Shown here: in pieces, positions 1 to 13,476 of the stretch
How the letters are laid out: every line of letters starts with the position of its first letter
Numbering within the stretch: position 1 is the stretch's first letter
Assembly (NCBI GenBank): GCA_001643675.2
Contig: LSRY02000028.1
Location: 868,001-932,000, forward strand
DNA from: Monocercomonoides exilis PA203
Taxonomy: Eukaryota > Protista > Preaxostyla
Direction of reading: 5' to 3'
DNA: 64,000 nt
Made by a program: the position numbers and the translations under genes
Notes under the pieces: generated by a model
The model's input: the letters and a program-made list of their open reading frames with translations, nothing else
Told to the model about the DNA's origin: nothing
The model's database searches: none

Positions 1-2767
1 GTCTTCCTTCTTCCCTTCTTCTTCCTCTGCTTCTGCTTCCACTTCTTCTTTGTCTTCTTCTTCTACTTCTTCTTCTTCAACTACTCCTTCTTCTTCCTCT
101 TCTTCCTCTTCTTCTATTATGTCTGCTCCTTCTCCTTCTCCTTCTCCAGCCACCCGCCTCACACAGAACCCAGCTGTTGCACTGAGCTCTTCCCAGCTGC
201 AAGTGCTGGAGAGAGGAATTATGTCTGTTGTGTCTAACCTTCTCCCGCTGCCTCCTCGTTCTGTTGTCGCAAACAGCATCTTGAACGACGTGAAGGCGCT
301 GGTGCAGGAGTTATATCAAGGCGTGCTTATTTTGTTTTTTCATTGTTGATTGAGTAATGGTATTATTTTGTTCTTTTTATTTTTTTCCTTCTTCTTCTTC
401 TTCTTCTCTTCCTCTTTTATTTATTTGTCTATCTATCTATTCATTCATTCATTCATTCAGATGCCACTGTGGATGTCAAGATCTCAGGCTCGTATTTTTC
501 TGGGCTGTGTCCTCCGCTCTCCAATCTCGATCTGGTTGTTATTCCTTCGATAGCAACACCTCTTTTACGCATGTCACTCAGCCAACTTATTCCCATCCTG
601 TCTAAGAAGTATGTGCTGAAGAAGAAAGCAGAGAACGAAAGGGCAGACAGAAAGAAGAGAGAAGGGAGATGGAGGGATATGATGAGAGAGAAAGAGAGAG
701 AAAGGGAAAGAGAAAGAGAAAGAGAGAGAGGGAAAGAGGCAGAGAGAGAAAGAGAGAAAGAGAAGGAATGGATGCGAAGCAGAAGGAGTGAGAATGAAGT
801 GGGCAAACTGACAGTGCCACAGAAAGCTGATCTGATTGCAGCCAGCTCAGCATTTGAGACACGTCCATCTTCAGTTGCAGGCTCAGAGGATTCATCCAAC
901 CCAGCTAATGTTGCTCCTTCTCGTTGTACCTCTGCCTCTTCTGCCTCTTCCTTGTCTTCTATATCTTTTGCGTCTTCAGCGTCTTTCGCATCTTCCTTGC
1001 CTTCTCAAGCAGATACCCCTTTCGCTGCTCATTTATCTGCTCCAGCGCCTTCCTCCAAAGCAGCCATGAGTTCAGACAAACATCCAGTGAACACTTTCTT
1101 CGATGATGTCTGCAACGTCTATGAAATGGATGGGCTGCAGTGTTACTACGACGAGAGAGGAAATCTGGAGAAGATCGGCTTTTATGTCCCTCTCTCGTCA
1201 ACAGGCCCTTCTGCCCATCCTTCCATTGCTCTGCCTGCTCCTTCTGCTCCACCCACAAATGCAGGGATGGGTTCTGCTGCTTCTTCTTCTGCTTCTTCTT
1301 CTTCTGTTTCGTCGGCTTCTTCTTCCCCTTCCTCTTCCTCTTCCTCCTCCTCCTCATCATCTTCTTCTTCTTCTTCCGCTGCTCTTTTGCCAATCTCAGA
1401 TGCCTCACCATTGCCTTCCTCGTCTTTTCTCCCTTATTCTGCCTATCAGACAGCGTCGATGCCTTCCTGCTATTCTTCCACTTTGACTCATCTGTACTGC
1501 CTGATCACTCTGGACAATGTACCTTTCCTTCATTACTCCAATCTGCTTCATTTGTATTGCATCACCGACTCGCGCTGCCTCCAGCTCGGCTTGTTTATTT
1601 TGCACTGGGCAAACGCGAGAATGCTGGACAGAGAAAATGAAGGTGTGTGGCTATTGCCTGTGTATTTGGGTTGATGAAATGAGTAAAAAAAGGATGGTGA
1701 CATTGTTAAACGTTAATTGTTTATAAATCAAAGAAAAGATGGATTAGAAAATGAAACTTTGCTATTTAAACAAAAATATTATTTCCAATATTTAATATTC
1801 TTATATATTTAATTTTGTTCATTTTTCTTGTATATTTTTTTATCAATTGTGCAATCAGGCTGTCTATCACCCCGCTGCTTCATCTGCTTGGTGATCTTTT
1901 TTCTCCAGCAGTGTGATCCGCCAGTTCTGCCCTCCTTCCAGTCTGAGTCTATCATTGCACTTTCCTCTTCGTTTGTGCACACCACAGTCAATCAGATGGT
2001 CATCCGCTATTCGACCGACCACCACATCTGGCGGACCAAAGGAAGCACTGCCAGCAATCGGGAATCAATGGCTATGCTGGTCATAGACTTCTACAACTTT
2101 TGGCTCTACCACTTCCACCCGAACTCACAGGTGGTCAGCATTCGGCTTGGCAAGGTGTGAAAAGATAGGGAAGATGGTGCTATTGAAATATGGTAATATT
2201 TTTTAATGTGATTAAAAGTGCCTGTAAAAAAAATCTTGTTCAATTTATATATATTTGGAATATATAACCTTTTTTTTTTTATATATGAATATGCATTCAT
2301 AATTATTCTTTTTGTGCACACAAAATATTCATATGTTTAGTTTTTACATCGGAATGACTGTATCTGGAGGCAAACGAAAAAGGAAGGGAAATCAACTCAT
2401 TTGTTTCCAATTGAGGATCCATTTGACAACCAAACAGACATTGCTTCATCTGTATGCTTCTTTCTTTTTATTATTTGATGGTTGTCTTATTATTATTATT
2501 TATTTACTAAACTTTATTTTATTTTATTTTATTTTATTTTATTTTATTTTCCTTCTTGTTGTTTGCGTGCACAACTGTCCTTCTTCATTATGTTCTATTA
2601 TTTAATCCATCCAATTGATCTGTCATCATGTGAATGTGTTTTATTCTGCTAAGCTGCAACCACACAAACTGCGAGAGCTGAAAAACGAGCTTCTTCGAGC
2701 ACTGATGTTTCTCGTGAAGGGGCAACCCCTTCTTCGATTGTTTGAGCCAAAAAAGAGAAAGAAATAA
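1..2767 (+). CDS. Cid1/TRF4/TUTase-family nucleotidyltransferase-fold protein with PAP-associated domain; 5'-partial; probably catalytically degenerate
   Basis: Exons <1-320, 461-1642, 1859-2154, 2341-2451, 2654-2767 (TAA). The spliced protein reads ELYQDATVDVKISGSYFSGLCPPLSNLDLVV (GS..DxD-like motif), LGLFILHWANAR, GCLSPRCFICLVIFFLQQCDPPVLP, FYNFW and IEDPFD, all typical of TUTase/non-canonical PAP. The first intron is GC-AG. Confidence 0.85.
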
Positions 2768-3299
2768 GCAAACATGCTTGGTCTTTTGAGCAATTTAACT
2801 TAAAAGGCATTTGATATTGCAGGTCAGAGGAACTATTTCTTTAGTGATTAAAAAGACAAATGAACAAAGTTGTTTGCGAAAAAGGACAAAATGGAAAAGA
2901 AATACGCAAAAATGTGGAGGGACATATTTAAAATCCTGTTCATAGGAACAAATACGAAGCATTTTACAATGAAATAGATATTTTTTGGATGCAGAGAAAT
3001 GTCTATGAATAAATACTATTAATTATTCATTGTCCATTTTTCTTTTCTTTTCTTTTCTTTTCTTTTCTTTTCTTATTATCTTTTCTGTCGCTTTCTATAT
3101 TTTTATATTAATGTTGGTGAAAGTTAGTAGTGTTCGATATGTATTTGTGTTAAATCATTCCTTGTGGTTTATTACTAATCTGACAATGTATGTATTGTAT
3201 CGCTTGTCAATTTATTGACTTATATTTTTTGATTATTTTGCATGATTATAACTTTCGACTGATATCAATCTGCTTTTTCTGCTTATTTATTCTCACAAT

Positions 3300-4560
3300 T
3301 GGAATATCCAAAAAAGAACTAAGTTTTATATGTTCATAAGGATATTAACCAAAAAAGCACGTCACATTGTTACTTTATTTTCTGAGTTCTTATTTTGCTG
3401 CCTTTGCTGCTGTAATGTTTGATTGATACTTTTGTAGAATCCTTAAGCGGTCATTGCTGCAGTTTATTATTTCTTATGCTTTTCTAATATTTGTCTTCTT
3501 CACTTATGTTTTTAAAATTCTTCTGCTTCTTCTAAATTGACGCTACTTTCGATTAGCAATGTTTCTTTTTCTAACACTTTCATTCTGAATCTTTTATTTT
3601 CACAAAACGCATTCTTAGCTTTATTAGCATGAAATAAAAATTATTTATTTTCAGGTGTTTGTCGTATTTGTTCATTCATCGTTTATGGTGATGATTGGTT
3701 TACACTTTGCAGATGTATTTATTTTGTTTTTCTTTTCTTTCACACAAAAAAAAAAACTTATATTTTGACTTATTTTCCATTTTTGTGGTTTTCTATGGAT
3801 CCTTCGAGCTATCGCCTCATGGTTTCATAGAATTATTATGTTCAGTCTTTTTTCGAATTATTTTTATTTTATTTATTTTATTCATTTTATTTTTGACATT
3901 TACTGATTTGTATTAACAGACTACTACTGTTTTTGAGTTTTTGTTCTTTTCTTCTATTTTATTCGCTTTTGTTTATTCGTCGAGTCTTTTTTATTTTAAT
4001 TTAATTTTTTAAAATCTGTTCAACTAGTTTTTCCTTTCCTTTTCTTTTTTTTTTTTTTATTTTATTTTTTTTTTTTCTTTTCTTTCCTATTTAAATGAAT
4101 TCAAGTTTATTGAATCGATATTATTTAGCTTTTTTCCCAAAAAGAAATCTGAGACGTCAAATTTAAAACTATATTTTCTGGACTGCTTCAGTTGTTGAAG
4201 ATATAATGTTCCATTTAATTATCTTTTTTCATTGAAAGCATTCGAAACAAAATCTTTTTGATGCTTCCTCGTTTTGTTTTTGTGATTAGGTTCCTTTGTT
4301 TTCTTTTCTGAAGATAAGTTTACACTTCTCCCTCCATTATTTTTTTGATTTGCTTCTTTCTTTCTTTCTTTCATGTTTTGTTCTTTTCTATTTTTTCAGC
4401 TATCGTTTTTTTTATTATTTGTACTTGATACCTCTATGACTTTGAATTGTATTTGTTCCTGATCATCTTCTAATGTAGTTTTCCCTCAGGCTGACGAAGT
4501 TAATTTCATTCACCACATACGTCAGAATTTGAGACTGATATTGGTTGATTGATTATTTTT
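3300..4560 (-). pseudogene. Possible decayed coding relic (K/E/N/S-rich, many stops and frameshifts)
   Basis: Minus-strand fragments translate to protein-like stretches (e.g. TTLEDDQEQIQFKVIEVSS, FRMKVLEKETLLIESSVNLEEAEEF) broken by stops. No intact ORF and no recognisable family. Confidence 0.25.
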
Positions 4561-5199
4561 TCAATTAAAAAAGACATCACCCTTTAAAAAATATACCTTT
4601 CTTTTTTTTTATTTTTGTTATTTTTTTAAATTTTTATTTGATAAAAATTTTCAAAGAGAGGGAAAAATTAAAGAATGTGTATGTACTTGAAATGGAAAGA
4701 TAGCAAATTGATAACTGTATCAGGCTCTTCAAAATAATATGCTTGGTACAGCGTTGAAAAAGAATATAAATTTATCAAACTTTTTTTCTTTCTTTCGAGA
4801 TGTAAAATAATAATAATATGGAAATTTTTTTTTTTTTTTTTTTTTTTTTGTGAACAATTTTTCCCAAGCCAAATATGTTATGTGATTAGGAACAAAAAAC
4901 CTTTTAAAACTTTAATTGGGAGTAGTTTGAGAATGAATAAAAAACGAAAAATTTACATGAATAAACAAATAAATTGTGTTGATATTTTTGAAATCGACAA
5001 TTTTCTTTCAAAAGATTCAAAATGAAATGTTGTTTCAAACACATTCAAAAGAACAATTAACAGAAAAGTCACATTTTGTGATTATTTTTCGAGAATTTAT
5101 TTCAACTTTTGGCTTTAGAAACACTTTCAATTGATTTAATTCCAGAATAAAAAATATCCAGCCAATTGCATAAAAACAATTAATTATCGAGAGCGCGAA

Positions 5200-6200
5200 A
5201 ATATATGGGTGATTATTTTTGAAACACCATTTTTTCTGTTTGAATATTCGGTTTGAATATTAGTTTTGAATATTCATGAATGAACGCTGAAAAGGATTAA
5301 ATCCATTTTGCGATACCTCAACTGTTTGTTTAAGTCAAACATTGGCTTTTGAAACGGATGAAAATCATTTTAAATAAAAATGAAAAATATTTTTTTATAT
5401 GTGGGTGATCATTTTTAAAGTCATATTTTTACATTCAAAATTTTCGATTCAAGAATTTCTTTTGAATATGAATTCATAGTCACTAAAGAGAGAAAAGGCT
5501 TAATAAAGACATTTGAATATTAATTTCAGTTGATTCACTTAATCTTGAAACTGGTGTGATAAATTAAACATTTGAATTAATAAGCTCTTTTCAACGACAA
5601 GCATATTTTGAAAAATCTGCAACCAGAAAAAAGTTATGATTTTTAAAAATAAACACACATGTCAATGAATTTTCACAAAGACAAACATCCCGAAAAATGT
5701 TATGGTTTCAAAAAATAATTGAACATATTTTGGTGATAATTAATGAATCCTAATTTTTTAGATAAAAATTCGGTGTGAAAATTCGCTTCGAATATCAATT
5801 AAACATCACAAAATAGTTTTACCAACTTTCAAAGTTGTTTTTTTTTATGAAGGATATTTGAAGCATTAATTTTTTAGTCTGTTTTCATTTTTTTTTTAAA
5901 TGGAAAATTCATATCCAATTATATATTAAACCAATAAAAAGTAGACATTCCGAAAAAAGATATGATCTTTAAAATATACACCCATTTAATATCATATTTG
6001 TGTGTTGAAATTTATTGAAGCAATCTGATATCCTTTGGATTTAATTTTCATGGTTCAAAAGCACACAATCATTATCCACTGCTTATTTTGATATCAATCT
6101 GATTCAATTTACTTTTTCCGAACCCTTCATTTTTGACTCCGTCTCAAACTTTCAAAATGAAACGGGTGATAATAATGGAAATCTTAACTTTTTTCAGAGT
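5200..6200. repeat. Degenerate dispersed direct and inverted copies of a ~35-bp motif (old foldback/MITE relic)
   Basis: A TGGGTGATTATTTTTGAAA-like motif lies at ~5206, ~5402 and ~6163 on +. Reverse-complement-like copies lie at ~5627-5660, ~5692-5728 and ~5952-5987. Confidence 0.35.
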
Positions 6201-6430
6201 TTTGATTCTTCAAAGGTTTTATTTCTTTGGAGATAAAATATTCTTTCCTAAAAAAAAAAATCATGGTAATCGTTAAAAATGAAGATGTCTGAGATTCAAT
6301 TCGTCAAAAAATTCACTTTAAAGAGTTAGTTCACTTTAACTGCTTTTATGTTCATATTTCAAAGTGAATTCTCAAACTGAAATATTTGATTGAGATAATA
6401 TGGATTCAAAAACAATCACTAAAATATATT

Positions 6431-6856
6431 CAGTCAAGCTCGGTCATAATCACAAACCATTTTGCCCGATTTTTTGAGATTAATACAGAACTTGATTATA
6501 ACCGAATCATTTTTTCGTTGGAAAGTATTTCTGAATTTTTTTCTTGAAGATAAACAAAGAAAATTTTCAATGTTTATTAAAATCCACACATTTGTTTTGA
6601 TTATTCAATTTTTTATGTTAAATGAAATTTTTTATTCATTTTAAAGCAGAAAAAATCAACTTTCATTTTTTCAAAATTTTCAAAATAGACAAAAAAAATC
6701 ACTTTTAATTTTTCAAAATATGTTATTATTCACGATTTTAGTGTGATTATAACCGATGAAATCACACATAAAAAATGCAAAATTTATTGATGCACAAAAA
6801 ATGTGATTATTTGCGATCTTGATTACAACCGAAGTGATTATAACCGAGCTTCACTG
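6431..6856. mobile_element. Non-autonomous MITE with CAGT-ended TIRs (Tc1/mariner, pogo-like)
   Basis: TIRs 6431-6453 (CAGTCAAGCTCGGTCATAATCAC) and 6834-6856 (GTGATTATAACCGAGCTTCACTG) match at 21/23 bases. Internal copies of TGATTATAACCGA occur at ~6493, ~6744 and ~6820. No transposase ORF. Flanks are TT/TG, not a clean TA duplication. Confidence 0.7.
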
Positions 6857-7337
6857 TGCCAAAAAAAATAGAAAAAGAAAACAGATTCTGTTGGAAAAAA
6901 TAAAACTTTATTCCTCGTATAAAACTTCAAATTTCGAGATAAATATCTGAGCTATAAAAAAATCATTATTGTGAACAATTAATTAAACTAAAATTTAAAA
7001 AAACACACAAAATCGTTTTCAAAGTTAATAAAAAAAGAGTTTATTTTCCTTTCAAATTGTTTTCTCAAAATATGTTCAAATATATTTATCACATTTTGAT
7101 AAAAATTATTTTAAACCAAATATTACTAAATAAATATTTTCAAAAAAAATTTGAGAAAAAATAACATTGACCGAAATTAGTGAAGGGTATTTGATCAGTA
7201 ATTTTTTTTTTGAAAAAATTTTAGTGACTGAAAATTGAATATTGCGATCCATGTATGCGCAGATTATTATAATGAGAAAGAATTGAAAAATTGGAAAAAA
7301 CTTTTTTTTGTACAAACAATCAAAAGCACAATTTTTG

Positions 7338-9493
<2,156 letters not shown>

Positions 9494-10313
9494 AGCTAAT
9501 GGCTCATTATAACGAATTAATAATTAATTTTTTGTTTAAGAATTTTGTTAAACTTTGGTATGTTTTTTTGTTTTTTGTATTTTATATTTTTTAACATTTT
9601 GAATTTTATTTTTTTGTTTTTTTGCATTGCTTGATTTTGTTGAAATTTAGTTTTTACCAATATTTATAAGTTAGCTTTTTGAATGATTTATTTCATTCTT
9701 TTTTTAAAAGGCATACGTTATTACGAACAAATGGAGTACGTTGTTCGAGTAAATTGGATGCTCTTATATTTAGAAACCTCTAAATAATTTTATTATGAAT
9801 TGTAATTCAGTGAAAAATTGATAACGGATGCATATTTTGTAAAAAATAAGTAATTTTTATGTTTTGAAGTTGATTATCATCAGCTAAAATCTTGTTAAAG
9901 ATTAGTCTTTCTTTTTTCAATGATAATTTGCTTTTCACAAACTCAATACAAACATTTCCCCACATATTGAATCACATATTTTTGCATTATAAATGCAACA
10001 ACACTTACATTATCGACAATTAACTTTATTTTGTACTTATCACGCAAAAAATCCATTATTTCAATAACAACAAAATCATCATCATCATCATCATCAAAAT
10101 ATCTTATTTGATAATTGAGGAGAAATAAACAAGAAATTAAATAAAATCACTAAAATTTTTAACATGTAACTATTGTAAAACAAATATTCTTAATAAAAAA
10201 ACGCACAATCACAACAAAAAATATAACTTCACAATATTGTAGGTTTACAATTTAACTTTTCCAAATATGCAAATCAATTGCTTAAATTCAGAAAGTTATT
10301 TTTAATTCGAAGC

Positions 10314-11188
10314 TCAAACTTCTTCATCGTTTGTTGAAATCAAATCTAAGCACTGCTGAACAGAATCGTGATATTGATTTTGAAAGGTTATCAAATTTTC
10401 AATTTGTGATAAAATTGATGTCTATTTTTTTTTTTTTCCATCGAAACATTCATTTCATAATAGAGAAAATAATTCTTTTTAAAAATGAACAAACCATTTC
10501 CAACGGAGATTCCATAAATTGGAAAGCCCAGATAATTTTCTTGAAACTGTCACAAAGATTGGCGAGAATTGTTGGTATTTTCATCACCATTGAATTGAAT
10601 TCTCTTTGAAACAACATCATTTGAAAAAAAGTTAAAAAAGATCTCCAAACTCTTGTCCTTCTTTCCCCAATGAAATCCAATTCGACTGAGAAGAACGCTG
10701 TAATATGATACTTATTTTATCTTTTTTTGCCAAGGTTTGCTTTAAAAGTTCTGAAACTTTTGACACCGCACTTATTTTGCTCACTATTTACTTTTAAAGT
10801 TCAGAAAAATAAAAAATATTCACAAACTTATCGATGATTCTTCACAAAAATCCGCAGTCTTTTCTTTTAATCGTAATATTTCAATCATATTATTTTGCTG
10901 AAAATTGATTATTGTGAAACTATTTAAATTAAAATAAAAGTTTGCAAAACCTCAAGAAGTTCGGCTTCTTTTTGTAAAATGAGCATCTGAATATCATATA
11001 ACTTATCTTCTTTTTTTATTTCCAATTGATTTGATATGGCCTTTAGCAAAGTGTTGAAGATTCAAAAAGAATTTATCTGTTCAAACCAATGGAATTCCGC
11101 ATTTTTCTGCTAAAGATAAAGCAGAATGAACTCCACCTGTTACTATTGCTGTTGATTTCTGGGGTTTTGAAACATCTTGAATGTTCAT
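10314..11188 (-). CDS. HAUS2: Augmin complex subunit 2 (HAUS2/AUG2-like), ~203 aa; not visible in the ORF track
   Basis: Six exons 11188-11087, 11040-10951, 10897-10828, 10783-10651, 10603-10495, 10421-10314, all GT-AG and phase-consistent. The segment IEILRLKEKTADFCEESSIMSKISAVSKVSELLKQTLAKKDKISIILQRSSQSNWISLGKEGQEEF...IIWAFQFMESP resembles the HAUS2/AUG2 core. Confidence 0.7.
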
Positions 11189-11248
11189 TATGACAAATTA
11201 ACAAAAAAGTTTGATTCACATATGAAAGATGGCATTATTTGATCAATT
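11189..11248. promoter_or_regulatory. Very short divergent intergenic region (60 bp) between the HAUS2 and SYF2 start codons
   Basis: Head-to-head ATGs at 11188 (-) and 11249 (+). Confidence 0.55.
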
Positions 11249-12550
11249 ATGAATAATAATACCGAAGAAAAAATCTCAAAGGAAGTTACAAATGACAATT
11301 CAGAGATATCATTAAAAAAAATTAAAAGGCCATCTTCTTTTAGCGATGATAGCTCCGATGAAGAGCTTGATTCAATTAAAAACAAAAAATATGATCTCGA
11401 TGATTCTTCAAGCGAAGACAATGATCATAAAGATGAAAGTGGAGAAGGAGGGGAAGAAAAACATATGACAGATGATTCTGATGACTACAAAAGTAATTCT
11501 GAAGATACATCTTCGGACATTTCAGAATCTGATGATGAAACTTTGGACAGACTAGAACTTAACAAAAGGAGATTATTCGAATTGCGCTTGAAGATGGCAT
11601 GCACTTAAAGCTATTTTTTATAAAAATAAAATGAAAATATATTTGTTTTATTTTCTTTAGAATGAGGAAAGAAAAAAAATCCGTGATGTTATTGTTGAAG
11701 AGGAGTTAAAGAAATCATTGCCTTTTTGGAAACAGGAAAAAATTAGAAGAGCAAAAGAGAACCAAGAAAAACAAGAGAAACTAGCCGCTGCACTCGAATC
11801 AGGTGAGACTATTGATCCATCTCTTATGGAAGAAACTGCTCTTGAAGCTGGACTTCGAATGAAGCAAGCGAAAAAACGAGAAAAACAAAAGCAACTCGAT
11901 GGATTTCACCGAGGTTTGACAAAAAAAATCTCTGTTTAAAATTCATCTATTTTCTAACAACATTTTTTTTTGAATTTCTCTTAAATCGATTTCAAAGATT
12001 TTGTGAATTATGAAGCAACCAGAAAAGCTTTCAAAAAGAGATCTGAAAACCTCTTTGTCGATTTGGTATGTTTCATTTCTTATTTTATTTGCGCTTTGGA
12101 AATATTTTTTTCTTTTTCTTTTTCTTTGTCAAAAGGATGAATACGAGAGAAGAAAGCAAAATGAATTGACCTCAAGCACCGCATCTCTTTCTGAGAAAGG
12201 TCAAGTTATTTTACCAGTTGATAGAAAGCGCGTTGATGAATTTATAAAGACTTTGAATAAAGAGTATGAAACTCAAAATTTTCTTTGTAACTGTCAAAAT
12301 TTTTATGTATATAAATCAAATACCAAATTATATATTTATGCAATTTTACAGAGATTTACGAAAGGAAAAATTCCATCGTCATCGGAGATCAGTTGGGCTT
12401 ATGGCTGGAAAGGATATAGACAAAGAAGCAGAAGAAGAAGTAGATGCAATACATGAAGGAAACAAGAAGTTTAACAAGAAGCTGCGGAGAGATTATGATA
12501 AGCACACAACTGCCATCAAGGAAAGCCTGGAAAGAGGTACAGCTGTATGA
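11249..12550 (+). CDS. SYF2: Pre-mRNA splicing factor SYF2 (NTC31/p29) with acidic N-terminal extension
   Basis: Exons 11249-11596, 11661-11913, 11998-12065, 12136-12263, 12352-12550. Motifs RLFELRLKM|NEERK, AFKKRSENL.VDLDEY, KFHRHR, AIHEGNKKFNKKLRRDYDKHT and terminal SLERGTAV. The first intron must use a GC donor. Confidence 0.9.
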
Positions 12551-13133
12551 AATAGTTGGTCCATTTGAAGCCAAATGTGTTATGATATGATTAATTCGGA
12601 GATATAAGAACACTTCTGATTTCAATGATTGAGGAATGCGCAAGCAGGCGATGAACTGAACTCGGGATCATTTACAGAAAACCTGCCATTCTTTAATGGG
12701 ATCAATTGCCCAATTCATAATTGATTTTTCGTTTACTAACACATGTTTGTTAAACATGATATTGTGAAATCTAAGTCTTTGAAATAATTGCTTTCTATTT
12801 TTATTAACATTTAAAAACTGATGACAAACAATTGATTCGCATTGAATGTTCCCTAATGATTCAAGGGCTCAAAATTTTCAACAATGGTTATAATTTAATA
12901 ATCGTGAATTCTGCAGCCTAATGAGTTACAAATTGCAATAGATTGTTTTGTAACATGCATTAAAGAAGGAAAAAAAATTGCTTTTGAATTATGTACAAAA
13001 TACAGCTGTTTGAAATAAAGGTGAGCGTCAAAAATCAAATAAATACGATATGAAAATACATAAAAGGTAATAAATCCATAGAGACTGATTGTAAGAAAGA
13101 CATTCAAAATAAATAATAATTTTTTAGAATAAA

Positions 13134-13153
13134 TTCCCTCAAGCTTGAGGGAA
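13134..13153. repeat. Perfect 20-bp palindrome TTCCCTCAAGCTTGAGGGAA
   Basis: Self-complementary sequence read directly, lying in the convergent gap between SYF2 and the PKS. Confidence 0.8.
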
Positions 13154-13476
13154 ACAGCACTCGGAAAACTCTCAAACCAAGATGATAGTGTTTATGAACA
13201 TAACAAACATAACATTTCTTGCTAAACGTGGAATCCTTTATCAAATCCCAATAAACAGCAACATATTAGAACTCAAGATTGCAATGACGCCAATTTACAA
13301 CATATCTTTCAATAACATTCTTAATAAACAGAGTGGATAATAATTATAAGAGAATTCAAACAATAAAAAACAAATGAACAAAAAAACATAAAGTTAAAAT
13401 AAAACATAACAAAATTAAATATTAAAATAAAAAATAGAATAAATTCAGGTAAAAAAATTTGGAGCAATAAATTATG

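Noticed and set aside
6431-6856. CRISPR-like array from the repeated TGATTATAACCGA motif
   Set aside because: Irregular spacing, mixed orientation, eukaryotic context and no cas genes. A MITE explains it better.
12640-12730. U3 snoRNA, RNase P RNA or SECIS-like motifs (GGATCATTT, CCCAATTCA, ATGA...GA)
   Set aside because: The partner boxes and helices are missing or wrongly spaced, and the upstream gene has no internal TGA.
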